Notes under the pieces: generated by a model
Databases searched by the model: none
Seen by the model: the letters and a program-made list of their open reading frames with translations, nothing else
What the model was told of the DNA's origin: nothing
Shown here: piece by piece, positions 27,038 through 36,032 of the stretch
Layout: each line of letters begins with the position of its first letter
How positions within the stretch are numbered: the first letter of the stretch is position 1
Position numbers and translations under genes: made by a program
Assembly (NCBI GenBank): GCA_963716395.1
Contig: OY970309.1
Span: 2,784,001-2,848,000, forward strand
From: an uncultured Fibrobacteria bacterium
GTDB taxonomy: Bacteria > Fibrobacterota > Fibrobacteria > UBA11236
Length of the DNA: 64,000 bases
Reading direction: 5' to 3'

Positions 27038-28933
27038 TCAATTCATGGTGCCGTAATCGCGGCTCCAACTCGCCGAGGGCTTTCCTACAGGGTGGGCTAC
27101 AGGAAGATTGGTTGAAAGGTAAAGATCGGAACCGGTGGCGTTGCGTTCGCAATAGAAAAAATCAAAGCGATAGGTTTTCCCATAGGTGAGATTGAGGTTG
27201 TCCAAGCCTACGGTGGCAGTGGAACTGCCATGCACGAAACCCAAATCGATGATCAGGCTGTCGTTGATAAAACCCCAGACATCGTCATCGCCTTTGAAGG
27301 TAAGGCTTAATCCGCTTGTTTGTACAAAAGGAATATGCATTTCCAAGCAAAAAGAATAGTTGTTTGAAAACGCAGGTACATCCGCTCCAAAACCTCTTCC
27401 ATTCAATGGGAAAAAATGGGCGGAAGAATCAAGTAAATAAGTGCCATCGGGTTGACGCGTGAATTGCAGGGAATCTTTAATCACTACATTTTTGAAAGCA
27501 GTGTCGCTTCCCGGAGTGCTAATTGTGGAGCAATCCGTACCCGTTCCATCATTACCCGTTCCGTCATATCGACTCCAAGTATTTGGCCCCTGATCCCAGT
27601 AAAACTGATTGTTGACGTTATCCCATGTAAAACCATATGCATGTTCCCCACCCGGTGGGCCGGTATGGACGGTGGAAGCCTGATAATTCGGCCTCGTAAA
27701 ATCGCCGGGTGTCCATGGCACAAACCATTTATTGAGATCGCAGGTAATTTTAGCGCGTACCGCCGTGTTCCGTATGGGTTTGGGTACGGAGTCTAGTCCG
27801 AAATATTGGGCGATATGATAAGTGGGGTCATCTTGATAATATTTCAGCGCGTTGTTCTTGACCAAATTGGGAGTTACACTGCCGTCATTCATATAAGGCT
27901 GGGCTTGGTACGGGGCGAGATGCACCGGAACGAGCAACCCATTGCTGTTCGAGTTGAACTCGGGATTTGAGCCATCAGCGTGATAATCGTAATAGACAAC
28001 TGGAAATTTAATCGTGGCGGGAGGCGCCGTGGCGTTGCCCAAAAGCGAGATCAATTGATCGAGTGGCACGCGCGCCACCGTATCCATGGTCCCGGCGGTT
28101 TTTTGATAGGCATCGGTGTTCAGCGCGTATTGGTTGATTCCTTCTGAAAAGACGCGATATTTAACCGGTGTAATTCCCACGGTATCGGTGTTGTACAGGC
28201 TGGTGGAATCGGACTGGTACTGGCTGATTTCGGAACCGGCGATTGGTTTATCATTAATCCATTGCGGTCCTGTCCAGCCTACATAACAATAAGTACTCCC
28301 GTTGCCTTGTTTGTGATAGTATTCGAAATAATATCGTTTGCCGGATTGCAGAGCTATTGATCCTGATACTCCAGCCTGGCTCCAATTATTCGGTTTCCAA
28401 GTGGCAAGAGAACAGATGGGGGCTGTGGAAAGATGCCCTGTGGTGGAGTCAGTACTGAGATAAAATGAGGACGCATCATCAGAGAGTGTGTAAAAGGTAT
28501 AGCTGCCCGATATCGGCGGTAAAATCCAGCCCGTCCATTTGTCGCCGAAATAGGAGGAATTCCAGGTTTCACCAATATAATACGAGGAATCGGTTCTGTT
28601 TGGCGAATGGCCCCCAATCCAAGTTTTGAGTTGTGCAATGGAGGTATCCGAATACGATTCGCCGGTCCAAAATTGACCGTAGATTTTTCCCGTATGGGTG
28701 GTATCGATGTATTTCATGGCGTTGCCGTTGATGATTTCCTGGGCCAGCAAAGTCATTAATCCGTCCGAGGCGCAGAAAGTCTGAATCTTGTGTTTGTAGT
28801 TGTAGGCCGTGACGGTAGTCATCTTATTGTTGTAAAGCGTGCCCACGGCAATGGCGGTTACGCCGAGTATGAGCAGAATGGTGAAGACGAGGACGAAGCC
28901 TTTTTGTTTGTGAGGAAGGTGGAGAACTGACAC
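27038..28933 (-). CDS. PilX-like minor pilin fused to PA14 and fibro-slime domains (copy A)
   Basis: KQKG|FVLVF prepilin site; PA14 SDDAS; fibro-slime NNYSFCLEMH..GDDDVWGFIND..DLGFVH..FFYCER; GTG start. Confidence 0.85.
   Translation of the reverse strand: MSVLHLPHKQKGFVLVFTILLILGVTAIAVGTLYNNKMTTVTAYNYKHKIQTFCASDGLMTLLAQEIINGNAMKYIDTTHTGKIYGQFWTGESYSDTSIAQLKTWIGGHSPNRTDSSYYIGETWNSSYFGDKWTGWILPPISGSYTFYTLSDDASSFYLSTDSTTGHLSTAPICSLATWKPNNWSQAGVSGSIALQSGKRYYFEYYHKQGNGSTYCYVGWTGPQWINDKPIAGSEISQYQSDSTSLYNTDTVGITPVKYRVFSEGINQYALNTDAYQKTAGTMDTVARVPLDQLISLLGNATAPPATIKFPVVYYDYHADGSNPEFNSNSNGLLVPVHLAPYQAQPYMNDGSVTPNLVKNNALKYYQDDPTYHIAQYFGLDSVPKPIRNTAVRAKITCDLNKWFVPWTPGDFTRPNYQASTVHTGPPGGEHAYGFTWDNVNNQFYWDQGPNTWSRYDGTGNDGTGTDCSTISTPGSDTAFKNVVIKDSLQFTRQPDGTYLLDSSAHFFPLNGRGFGADVPAFSNNYSFCLEMHIPFVQTSGLSLTFKGDDDVWGFINDSLIIDLGFVHGSSTATVGLDNLNLTYGKTYRFDFFYCERNATGSDLYLSTNLPVAHPVGKPSASWSRDYGTMN
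27040..27070. repeat. 31-bp direct repeat, 3' end of pilin-lectin copy A
   Basis: Identical to 25203-25233; encodes the SWSRDYGTMN terminus. Confidence 0.85.
28229..28902. repeat. About 670-bp near-identical direct repeat, copy 2
   Basis: Aligns with 26299-26969. Confidence 0.9.
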
Positions 28934-28946
28934 AAATTTATCCCGC

Positions 28947-29783
28947 TTAGTTTTTATTGCGAAACCTCACGTTCATGGAATCGATGATTTTCCGATAGCC
29001 TCCGGTGAGGGTGTAATTGGGGTCGGGGATGGCGGTGCGGGCCCTTACCGTGAAAGCCGCGGATTTCATGCTGTTCCAGTCCGTCGTTGAATTATGGGTG
29101 GCGTCATAAAATTTGATGTTCAACGAGTCGATATTTTCAGCCAGCACCACCCCCGCCAGCACCAGATTATTGGAGGATAGGCCAACGCTGTCAGTGCGAT
29201 AGGGGTAAATCAGGGAACCCGTATCCAATTGGTACGGCAGCGGCGGCGCTACCGTGATGGTTTCGAAGCCGTCGGGCGGCATGTCTTTCGCGATACTCGA
29301 GATTCTGCGCTTCACTGTCGCATGCGCGGGATTCGCATAATCCACCAGCACATAGGGAACGAGGGCGCCACCATACAGAAAAGCGGTGGAGTCTCCTAGT
29401 GGGATGGGGATTTTGGCGTAATTGGCGGGCGGCGTCGTGGACATGAAAGAGGAGCCGCCGTTGGGATTGTTGCCGACCACCAGCCAACTGGTTGAACTCC
29501 AATTTCCGGGGGGTGCGATGGAGAGCACCGAATCCCAACCGGTATCCGGTAAGGCAGAGCCCGCCTGTTGCAGGATTTCGGCCAATTTCTTGATGGTGTA
29601 ATATTCGTTTTGATTGCGTTCGGCGATTTGTTCTTGCAGGTTGTAGGCGCTGTACGAGTTGCGGTAAAACCGGGTCAGCACCGTCAATAAAATCGCCGAG
29701 GCAACCAAGGCCACCAGAATTTCGAGCAAAGTAAATGCATGCTGGCCGGGGGAGGGCCGGCGTTCAGAAGCGTTTGGAGACAT
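28947..29783 (-). CDS. PilW-like type IV minor pilin
   Basis: QHA|FTLLEILVAL; EILQQAG; VLAENIDSLNIKF; C-terminal VRFRN. Confidence 0.85.
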   Translation of the reverse strand: MSPNASERRPSPGQHAFTLLEILVALVASAILLTVLTRFYRNSYSAYNLQEQIAERNQNEYYTIKKLAEILQQAGSALPDTGWDSVLSIAPPGNWSSTSWLVVGNNPNGGSSFMSTTPPANYAKIPIPLGDSTAFLYGGALVPYVLVDYANPAHATVKRRISSIAKDMPPDGFETITVAPPLPYQLDTGSLIYPYRTDSVGLSSNNLVLAGVVLAENIDSLNIKFYDATHNSTTDWNSMKSAAFTVRARTAIPDPNYTLTGGYRKIIDSMNVRFRNKN

Positions 29784-30195
29784 AGGTGGAGATTTTCAAG
29801 GTGTCGAGGGTTGCGCTTCCCCAATAGGTGGTGATGGCCACGCTGTCGACGTCGTTCACGACTGCGCCGTCTTTGGGAGAATGGGCCGCCCCATAGTGGC
29901 AGACGAGAGTAATCCCATCCGATCCGGCGGGGACGGTGGTGTTGGTACCGGGGGCCGGCCAGTTGGCGATGGTGTCTTGCGCGATTTTGATGCGCAGGTC
30001 TTCGATATACTTTTCGATCCTATGACCGGCCTTGAGAATGCGCGTATTATTCTCACTTTGTCGACTGGTCATTCCCTGAATTTTTACGAACAAGACCACT
30101 CCGATGGCGATAATCACCATGGCCGCCAGAACTTCCAAAAGCGACCAGCCATGATTTGAACTGCTTTTGAAAACGCTTTGGGTTTTCAAAATCAT
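29764..30195 (-). CDS. PilV-like type IV minor pilin
   Basis: NHG|WSLLEVLAAMVIIAIG; small size; position in operon. Confidence 0.8.
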   Translation of the reverse strand: MILKTQSVFKSSSNHGWSLLEVLAAMVIIAIGVVLFVKIQGMTSRQSENNTRILKAGHRIEKYIEDLRIKIAQDTIANWPAPGTNTTVPAGSDGITLVCHYGAAHSPKDGAVVNDVDSVAITTYWGSATLDTLKISTYVSKRF

Positions 30196-30701
30196 TGGAC
30201 GATCACCTTAACCCTTCCGGTGCTGGCCAGCACGTTGATGGAGTCGACGAAGTTGTACAACTTGAATTTGACGCCCAGGCTGGTATTGGCGGACCCATCC
30301 CCGCGGAATACGATGGTGGTCGGACTGGCGCTGACGATATTGAGGCTGTCCTTGGCTTTGAAGACGATGGGCTGCAAATAGAGGGAATCCGTTCCCTTGT
30401 CGTACACGTTATTTAAGGGGTTGGATCGATCGAAGAAGGCGAAAATGGAATCCGCCGTGGGTGCCGCGTGCACCGCGAATACCACCCCGCAATGCAGTGA
30501 AGTATTGGAGACGGCGCGACTGCGCGCGTTGAGGATTAAATACTTGGCCGCATCGGCCCCATTTCGCAAGGTAATCCCCCGCACATACCCTCTAATGGGC
30601 GGAATGGCAAAGGCGGTTAAAATGGAGATCACGGCGAGCGCCACCATAAGTTGAATGAAGCTAACCCCCATTTCCTCTTTCCATTTCCGGGCTTTTGCCA
30701 T
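30192..30701 (-). CDS. FimT/FimU (GspH-like) minor pilin
   Basis: MG|VSFIQLMVALAVISIL..AIP; ARSRAV; IVFRGDG; C-terminal TGRVK. Confidence 0.82.
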   Translation of the reverse strand: MAKARKWKEEMGVSFIQLMVALAVISILTAFAIPPIRGYVRGITLRNGADAAKYLILNARSRAVSNTSLHCGVVFAVHAAPTADSIFAFFDRSNPLNNVYDKGTDSLYLQPIVFKAKDSLNIVSASPTTIVFRGDGSANTSLGVKFKLYNFVDSINVLASTGRVKVIVQ

Positions 30702-31190
30702 GGGGTCCAACCTGATGAATGCCGCTTTCGATCCAAGAATTCCGAAATGCCGTTTTTATAATGTCAATTCTACCACTAAACATAGAAGTGGCGCGTAATT
30801 TATCGAGTTTGCCAGGGTAACTTCCCGAGGCAACGGAGATTTATCATTCATTTGACTGGCTTGACGTCCACGGTTTCCGGCCCGGAAGGGCCAGGGATTT
30901 TTCGCAGCGTCCCTGAATTTGGAAGACGTACCCTTTAACCGCTTCTCCACCAATTTTCCGGGTTGGCTCCGCGGGCCGACATGTCCAGGAACTCATCACC
31001 CCCGAATTGGAAAACCAAGCACGGTTCGGATGGGTTTTCTTGGAAAGTTGGTCCTGTGGGTGGATTGGAATCGCAATGTCGGCTAAAAAATCCCGCCGCC
31101 CTTGACGTATCGCAAAAAAGTAAGGAAACTCAAATCCGGTTTGCGGTATAATCGGGAAAGTTTTTGTCGAGGACGCATAAGGAGATTGCT

Positions 31191-34094
31191 ATGAGGTCGT
31201 TCAGAAAATATTGGAAATGGTGGACCTTTCCCCTCACGGCGTTGGCGGCCTCCGCCATCTGGTTCTGCGACCCGGGGAGTTCCCTGAATCCGGCCGCGCC
31301 GGGCGCGGGCAACGGCAAAGTGCCCCTGGTGTCGGCCACGATCAGCCAAGCCACGATTCTGCCCGACACCGACACCGCCACCGTGCACGTGATCGTGACC
31401 GATTCGGCGACCGGTGATCCTCTGTCGGGTGCCACCGTGCTCTTCAACACCGGATTGTTCACCCTGCTGGACGCCACGGGAACTAGCCCCCTGCAACTCG
31501 ACACCGTGCCCGCGGGCGGCGCGTTTGCCTTCAAACTGGTTTCGGGGAATCCGGGTGCGGGACAAGTTGTGATCACCGTCCTCAATGGGAATATAAAACG
31601 CACCGACACGGTGAAGGTTTTCGTCACCGAACGCCCGGTCGCCCCCCTGGTAAGCTTGGTCTATGCGTCGCAAATCAAGGAAACCGATACCGCCAAGGTT
31701 ACGGTCACGGTATTGGATTCCGTCAACGCGATGCCGCTGCAAGACGCCCTGGTCGCCGTTTCCAGCAGTTTTTTCAAAATATTGAAAGCCGGATCCTCCG
31801 ATACCTTGACCAGCGACACCACCCAATCCGACGGCACCCTGCAATTTCGGGTTTTGGCCTCGGATTCGGGCAGTGGGAACATCACCGTGCATGTGACCAC
31901 GGCGGCCGGCAAGCAGCACACCACCAATTTCACCATCACCGTAACCGGCAATCCGACCGTGGATCGCTCGCGCAACATGGTGTTCACGGTTTTGAAGCCG
32001 ACTTTGAAAGCCGACGGCAGCGATGCCACCCAGCTCAAAGTGGTGGTGAAAGACGCCAACAACAATCCCATGGTGGGAGAAAAAATCGTGTTTACCGCGA
32101 CCGGCGGTTTGGTGCTGCCGCAGGCGGTCACCGATTCCTTCGGCACCGCCTACGGCACCTTGGTTTCGGAACGCGCCAATAAAACCGTGGTGGTGACGGC
32201 CACCTTGGTGCTGCCCGACGGCAGCAGCAGTCTGACGGCCCAGCAAAGCGTGACTTTCTCGGGCGTGACCGTTTCCATCAACACTTCCAAAAAAGTGGCC
32301 ATGCGCGACAGCGTCGTAACGGTCACTTTCGCTTTTCTGGATGCGAATTCGTCGCCCATGTCCGGCGACACTCTGGACATTTCCGCCGCCGACGTCTATC
32401 GGGGATTCGGGCAACGCTTGAGTTCGAGTCCGGCGGTGGATTCGGAATTGGTGGTGGCCGACAACCGCGGTCAATACCAGACCACGGTGACCTCCCAATC
32501 CGCCGGCAGCGTGATCATCCAGGCCAACGGGCTGGGGGCGCAGGATGCGGATACCATCGTGTTCACCAACAACAGCATGACCCTGTCCGCCAGCAAATCC
32601 TCGATCGTGGGAAATGGCCAGGATCAAGCCACCTTGACCGCCAACCTGGTGGACGGGAGCGGGAACCCCATCAATAGTGCGCAGTTGAAATGGACCACCA
32701 CCTTCGGTAATTTCACCACGACGCCTTTCACCAGCACCTCTAACGGCAAGAGTTCCATCGTTTTGCAAAGTCCCAATGGTTCGGGCATCGCCACCGTCGA
32801 CGTTGAGGCACAGGACGCTTCCGGCGCCTTGATCGCCAGCGGCACCATCACCGTGCGCGTCACCGCCTTGCCGGTGCATAAGCTCGTGCTGACGGTGAGT
32901 CCCGACAATATCGCGGTGAAAATCGGCCAGGCCACCATGACGGCGGTCGCGTATGACAGCGCCGACAACGTCATGACCGGGGTGCTGATCGGATTCCGCA
33001 TGATCAAAGGCGCGGGCGGCGGCGACGAAGTCATTTCCCCGCCGGCGGCGTATACGCTCTCGGGCGTGGCGCAGGCCACCTTCACGGCCGGCGGCGTGAT
33101 CAGCCTGTACCAAGGCGTAAAGCTGGCCGCCGTGGCCCTGAGCATTGCCGGCAACGATACCTTGGTCATCGCCTCTTCGGATACCTTGGGAGTGACGGTG
33201 TCGGGCCCGCCCGCCAAGGTCAGCATCGGCGCCAATATCAATAAAGGCGTGAATCCGGATGACGGCACTTTCGCGTTGCCCGTGGCCGCCGTGGTGACCG
33301 ATATCAATGGCAATCTCGTGGCCGACGGCACGCCCGTCAATTTCGGCGTGATCCCCATCGCCGCCAATATTCTGCAGACGAAGAATTTCATCTACACCGA
33401 CACCTGGCCGTATTACGCCTTCAACACCGACACCACCCTCATTCCCCTGCCCTGGACCGATTACAACAATAACGGCAAATTGGATCCGGGCGAACCCGCC
33501 AGTTTCTACAACTCCAATAATCCGGCACGGGGCGAAGACAAAGACGGCAACGGCGTGATCAATTTTCCGCCGGAGACCTTCGCGGATCTCAACGGAGACG
33601 GGGTTTGGACGCAAGCCAACGCCGAGCCGATGATCGTCCACAACGTCACGGATTCGGTGGGCCGCTTTGTGTCTGCCGAAACCACGTTTGTGGATTACAA
33701 CCACGACGGACTGCGGGAATCGATGGAACCTTTTTACCGGAATGGATTCATCTACGTGGATTCCAGTCTGATCAAATATCTGCCGTCGGATTCGTCTTAC
33801 CGGCCGTTCATTCCGGGAGTGACGCCGCCCTGCAAATGCGCGGGCCAAACGGATGCCAACGGGAATTTGTATGAAATCACTTATTTCGACAGCCCGTACA
33901 ACCATCCCTTCCCCGGAGATGTGGCGGTGGGCATCGACAAGCAAACCGGAACGTTGGCCGGCAAGGCCCTGACCAAGATCACCTATGTGCAAACCGACGC
34001 CTGGATCGTTTCGGTGCGCGTGACCGCCGAGTCCAACGGCATCCGTAGCTATGTCGATATTCTTCCCTTGCCGAAAATCAAAGAAGGCAATTAG
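31191..34094 (+). CDS. Large secreted (possibly lipo-) protein with Big_1/invasin-like Ig repeats and DxDxDG-like loops
   Basis: RBS AAGGAGA; signal ending AIWFC; repeats LKADGSDATQL..KDANNNP, IVGNGQDQATL..VDGSGNP, TDINGNLVADGT; DYNNNG, DKDGNG, DLNGDG, DYNHDG. Confidence 0.85.
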   Translation: MRSFRKYWKWWTFPLTALAASAIWFCDPGSSLNPAAPGAGNGKVPLVSATISQATILPDTDTATVHVIVTDSATGDPLSGATVLFNTGLFTLLDATGTSPLQLDTVPAGGAFAFKLVSGNPGAGQVVITVLNGNIKRTDTVKVFVTERPVAPLVSLVYASQIKETDTAKVTVTVLDSVNAMPLQDALVAVSSSFFKILKAGSSDTLTSDTTQSDGTLQFRVLASDSGSGNITVHVTTAAGKQHTTNFTITVTGNPTVDRSRNMVFTVLKPTLKADGSDATQLKVVVKDANNNPMVGEKIVFTATGGLVLPQAVTDSFGTAYGTLVSERANKTVVVTATLVLPDGSSSLTAQQSVTFSGVTVSINTSKKVAMRDSVVTVTFAFLDANSSPMSGDTLDISAADVYRGFGQRLSSSPAVDSELVVADNRGQYQTTVTSQSAGSVIIQANGLGAQDADTIVFTNNSMTLSASKSSIVGNGQDQATLTANLVDGSGNPINSAQLKWTTTFGNFTTTPFTSTSNGKSSIVLQSPNGSGIATVDVEAQDASGALIASGTITVRVTALPVHKLVLTVSPDNIAVKIGQATMTAVAYDSADNVMTGVLIGFRMIKGAGGGDEVISPPAAYTLSGVAQATFTAGGVISLYQGVKLAAVALSIAGNDTLVIASSDTLGVTVSGPPAKVSIGANINKGVNPDDGTFALPVAAVVTDINGNLVADGTPVNFGVIPIAANILQTKNFIYTDTWPYYAFNTDTTLIPLPWTDYNNNGKLDPGEPASFYNSNNPARGEDKDGNGVINFPPETFADLNGDGVWTQANAEPMIVHNVTDSVGRFVSAETTFVDYNHDGLRESMEPFYRNGFIYVDSSLIKYLPSDSSYRPFIPGVTPPCKCAGQTDANGNLYEITYFDSPYNHPFPGDVAVGIDKQTGTLAGKALTKITYVQTDAWIVSVRVTAESNGIRSYVDILPLPKIKEGN

Positions 34095-34109
34095 TCCATG
34101 AGGAGTTCT

Positions 34110-34919
34110 ATGCGCACAAGAATCGTTTTGGGTCTGGTCTGCCTGAGCGCCGGCGTCGCCGGCGCGACGCCTCCCGGCATGCCGCTTTCCAACTTGCTCG
34201 GCCGGCAAATGTCTCTGGGCGTGTATTACGACTACAGCGGCCAGTCCTTGTTTCGCGAAGGGTCGGCTTCGGTGCTGCATACTACCGGCGTCGGCCTTGA
34301 ATACGGCATTCTCGACTATGTCGGCGTCGGGGCGTTCGCCGGCGGTTCCGTACTCAACGTCGACGTGCCGCCGGGAAGCAACAGCGATACCTTGCGCGCG
34401 TTCAATTCGAACTTCGGACCCTATGGCGGGCTGTCGGCCAAGCTCGCGACTCCCAGGTTTTGGCAGAACACGTCGCGCCTGGTCGGCTACGGCCAGGCGG
34501 CGTTCCTGCATGCCGAAGATAATGCCGGCAATGTCAAGCAGGGAATGGTGTATAACGCCGGTTTATCCCTTCAGGCCGAATTGAACCACACCTACAATTT
34601 CGTGCTGGGAGGCGAGTACTACTATCTCGACGGCGAACAACAGGCGGCCGGGGGCGGAACGCAATTCCCCTTCGGGCTCAATGCCGGAGACGGCACGATC
34701 GACTATTTTCGCGGCTTGATCGGGTTCGAGTATTTCTTCAAAGGCCCGAACCGACCTTTCATTTCCTTCGCCCTCCGGCCGACCGGCTCCATGAGTTACC
34801 GATCGGGGTTCGGCTTGCAAGGCATTTCGCTTTCCGTCACCTTGGGGGCCATCACCTCATTCGACAAACAGGCCGAACAGCGCAACGGAGACGCGGGCAC
34901 TTCCATCGACGACGATTAG
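34110..34919 (+). CDS. Putative outer-membrane beta-barrel protein
   Basis: Signal peptide; alternating aromatic/Gly beta-strand pattern; directly downstream of the Ig protein; start could be 34098. Confidence 0.65.
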   Translation: MRTRIVLGLVCLSAGVAGATPPGMPLSNLLGRQMSLGVYYDYSGQSLFREGSASVLHTTGVGLEYGILDYVGVGAFAGGSVLNVDVPPGSNSDTLRAFNSNFGPYGGLSAKLATPRFWQNTSRLVGYGQAAFLHAEDNAGNVKQGMVYNAGLSLQAELNHTYNFVLGGEYYYLDGEQQAAGGGTQFPFGLNAGDGTIDYFRGLIGFEYFFKGPNRPFISFALRPTGSMSYRSGFGLQGISLSVTLGAITSFDKQAEQRNGDAGTSIDDD

Positions 34920-34925
34920 CGCCGG

Positions 34926-36032
34926 CTACCCGTCGGCGCCCTCGCGCAGCCAATCTTCCACCACCTCGCGGAACAGTTCGCCGTCTTTGCGTCCGTATTC
35001 CATCAATTCCTTGGCGTATTCCCCGTCGAACAGCAAATAGCTGAGCATATCGGAGGAGATCCAGCCGCCGAAGAGATAGCGCAGGGTTTTGGGAAAGCGG
35101 TGGCGGTGGCGCGAGGCGATGAGGGTGAAGTCGAGCATGGGGCCGATGCGGCAGAGATCGATGATTTTGACGTCGCGTTCGGACTCGGGGACCCGGGTGG
35201 CCAGCATGTTGACCCGGTTCATGAATTGCGAATCGATGTCGACGGCATCCAGAAACATGGCGTCGAGCATGGTGGCCGCGATGCGCCCCAGGGTCGGAAC
35301 GGTCTGCGCGCCGCTTTGGTACGAGTCGCCGCGCAGGCTGATGCTGATGATGCGATCGGCGCCCATGCGGATGGCGGCATTGAGCGGGGTCATATTGCGC
35401 AGCGAACCGTCGCCGTAATAATGCCCATCCATGCGCACGGGGGAAAAGATGAGTGGAACCGCGCACGAGGCCATCACGTGTTCGATGGTGAGGGTGGTGC
35501 GCACACCCCGCAATGTGGGGCGCTCCCAGGAGGGGCAAACTTCGCGGGTTTGAAAAAAAGTGACGTTCTTGGTGTCGGTATAGTCGAAACAATTGATGGC
35601 CAGGGCATGTTCGGGCATGGTGCGCAGCCGCAATTGCACCTGCCCCATGTCGATGTGCCGGCTTAAATAGGAGTGCAGGGGCGTGGAATCAAGCACGGCG
35701 TTGATGATGGTGTCGCTCTGCGGATGGCTTTGATGGCGCGAGGAATGCGCCAGCCGCATCAGGTTTTTCACCACGCTTTTGAAATCCGATACGAAGATGT
35801 CGTGGGTATTAACCGAGGACCAAAGATCCTTCAAAGCATCGATGCCGCTGGCGTAATTGGGCGCGCTTTGCATGAGGCGCACGGCATTGATGGAGCCGGC
35901 CGAAACGCCCACCATGATTTCGGCTTCGCCGCCGCGCACGAACAGGTCGCGCCAGGCGTCGAGAATGCCGACCTGGTACGCCCCGCGCGCCCCACCGCCG
36001 CTCAGGATGAGGGCCAGTTTTTTTCTCGCCAC
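34926..36032 (-). CDS. Patatin-like phospholipase
   Basis: LSGGGARGAY, GVSAG (GxSxG), ASCAVP, DGS; GTG start inferred. Confidence 0.9.
   Translation of the reverse strand: MARKKLALILSGGGARGAYQVGILDAWRDLFVRGGEAEIMVGVSAGSINAVRLMQSAPNYASGIDALKDLWSSVNTHDIFVSDFKSVVKNLMRLAHSSRHQSHPQSDTIINAVLDSTPLHSYLSRHIDMGQVQLRLRTMPEHALAINCFDYTDTKNVTFFQTREVCPSWERPTLRGVRTTLTIEHVMASCAVPLIFSPVRMDGHYYGDGSLRNMTPLNAAIRMGADRIISISLRGDSYQSGAQTVPTLGRIAATMLDAMFLDAVDIDSQFMNRVNMLATRVPESERDVKIIDLCRIGPMLDFTLIASRHRHRFPKTLRYLFGGWISSDMLSYLLFDGEYAKELMEYGRKDGELFREVVEDWLREGADG

Noticed and set aside
25201-28933. Diversity-generating retroelement or shufflon explanation for the paired adhesins
   Set aside because: No reverse transcriptase or recombinase in the window; differences are not adenine-restricted; repeats are direct, not inverted
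30820-30900. Possible c-di-GMP-I riboswitch upstream of the pilin operon (minus strand GAAAccgtGGACGtcAAGCC)
   Set aside because: The P2 and P3 stems do not pair and the upstream GGCAAA element is misplaced; an Rfam scan would settle it
31102-31152. Sigma70 promoter TTGACG..TATAAT upstream of the Ig gene
   Set aside because: The two hexamers are about 39 bp apart, too far to form one promoter
31083-34511. 1142-aa minus-strand ORF
   Set aside because: Antisense shadow of the Ig-repeat gene; no motifs; expected from high-GC codon bias
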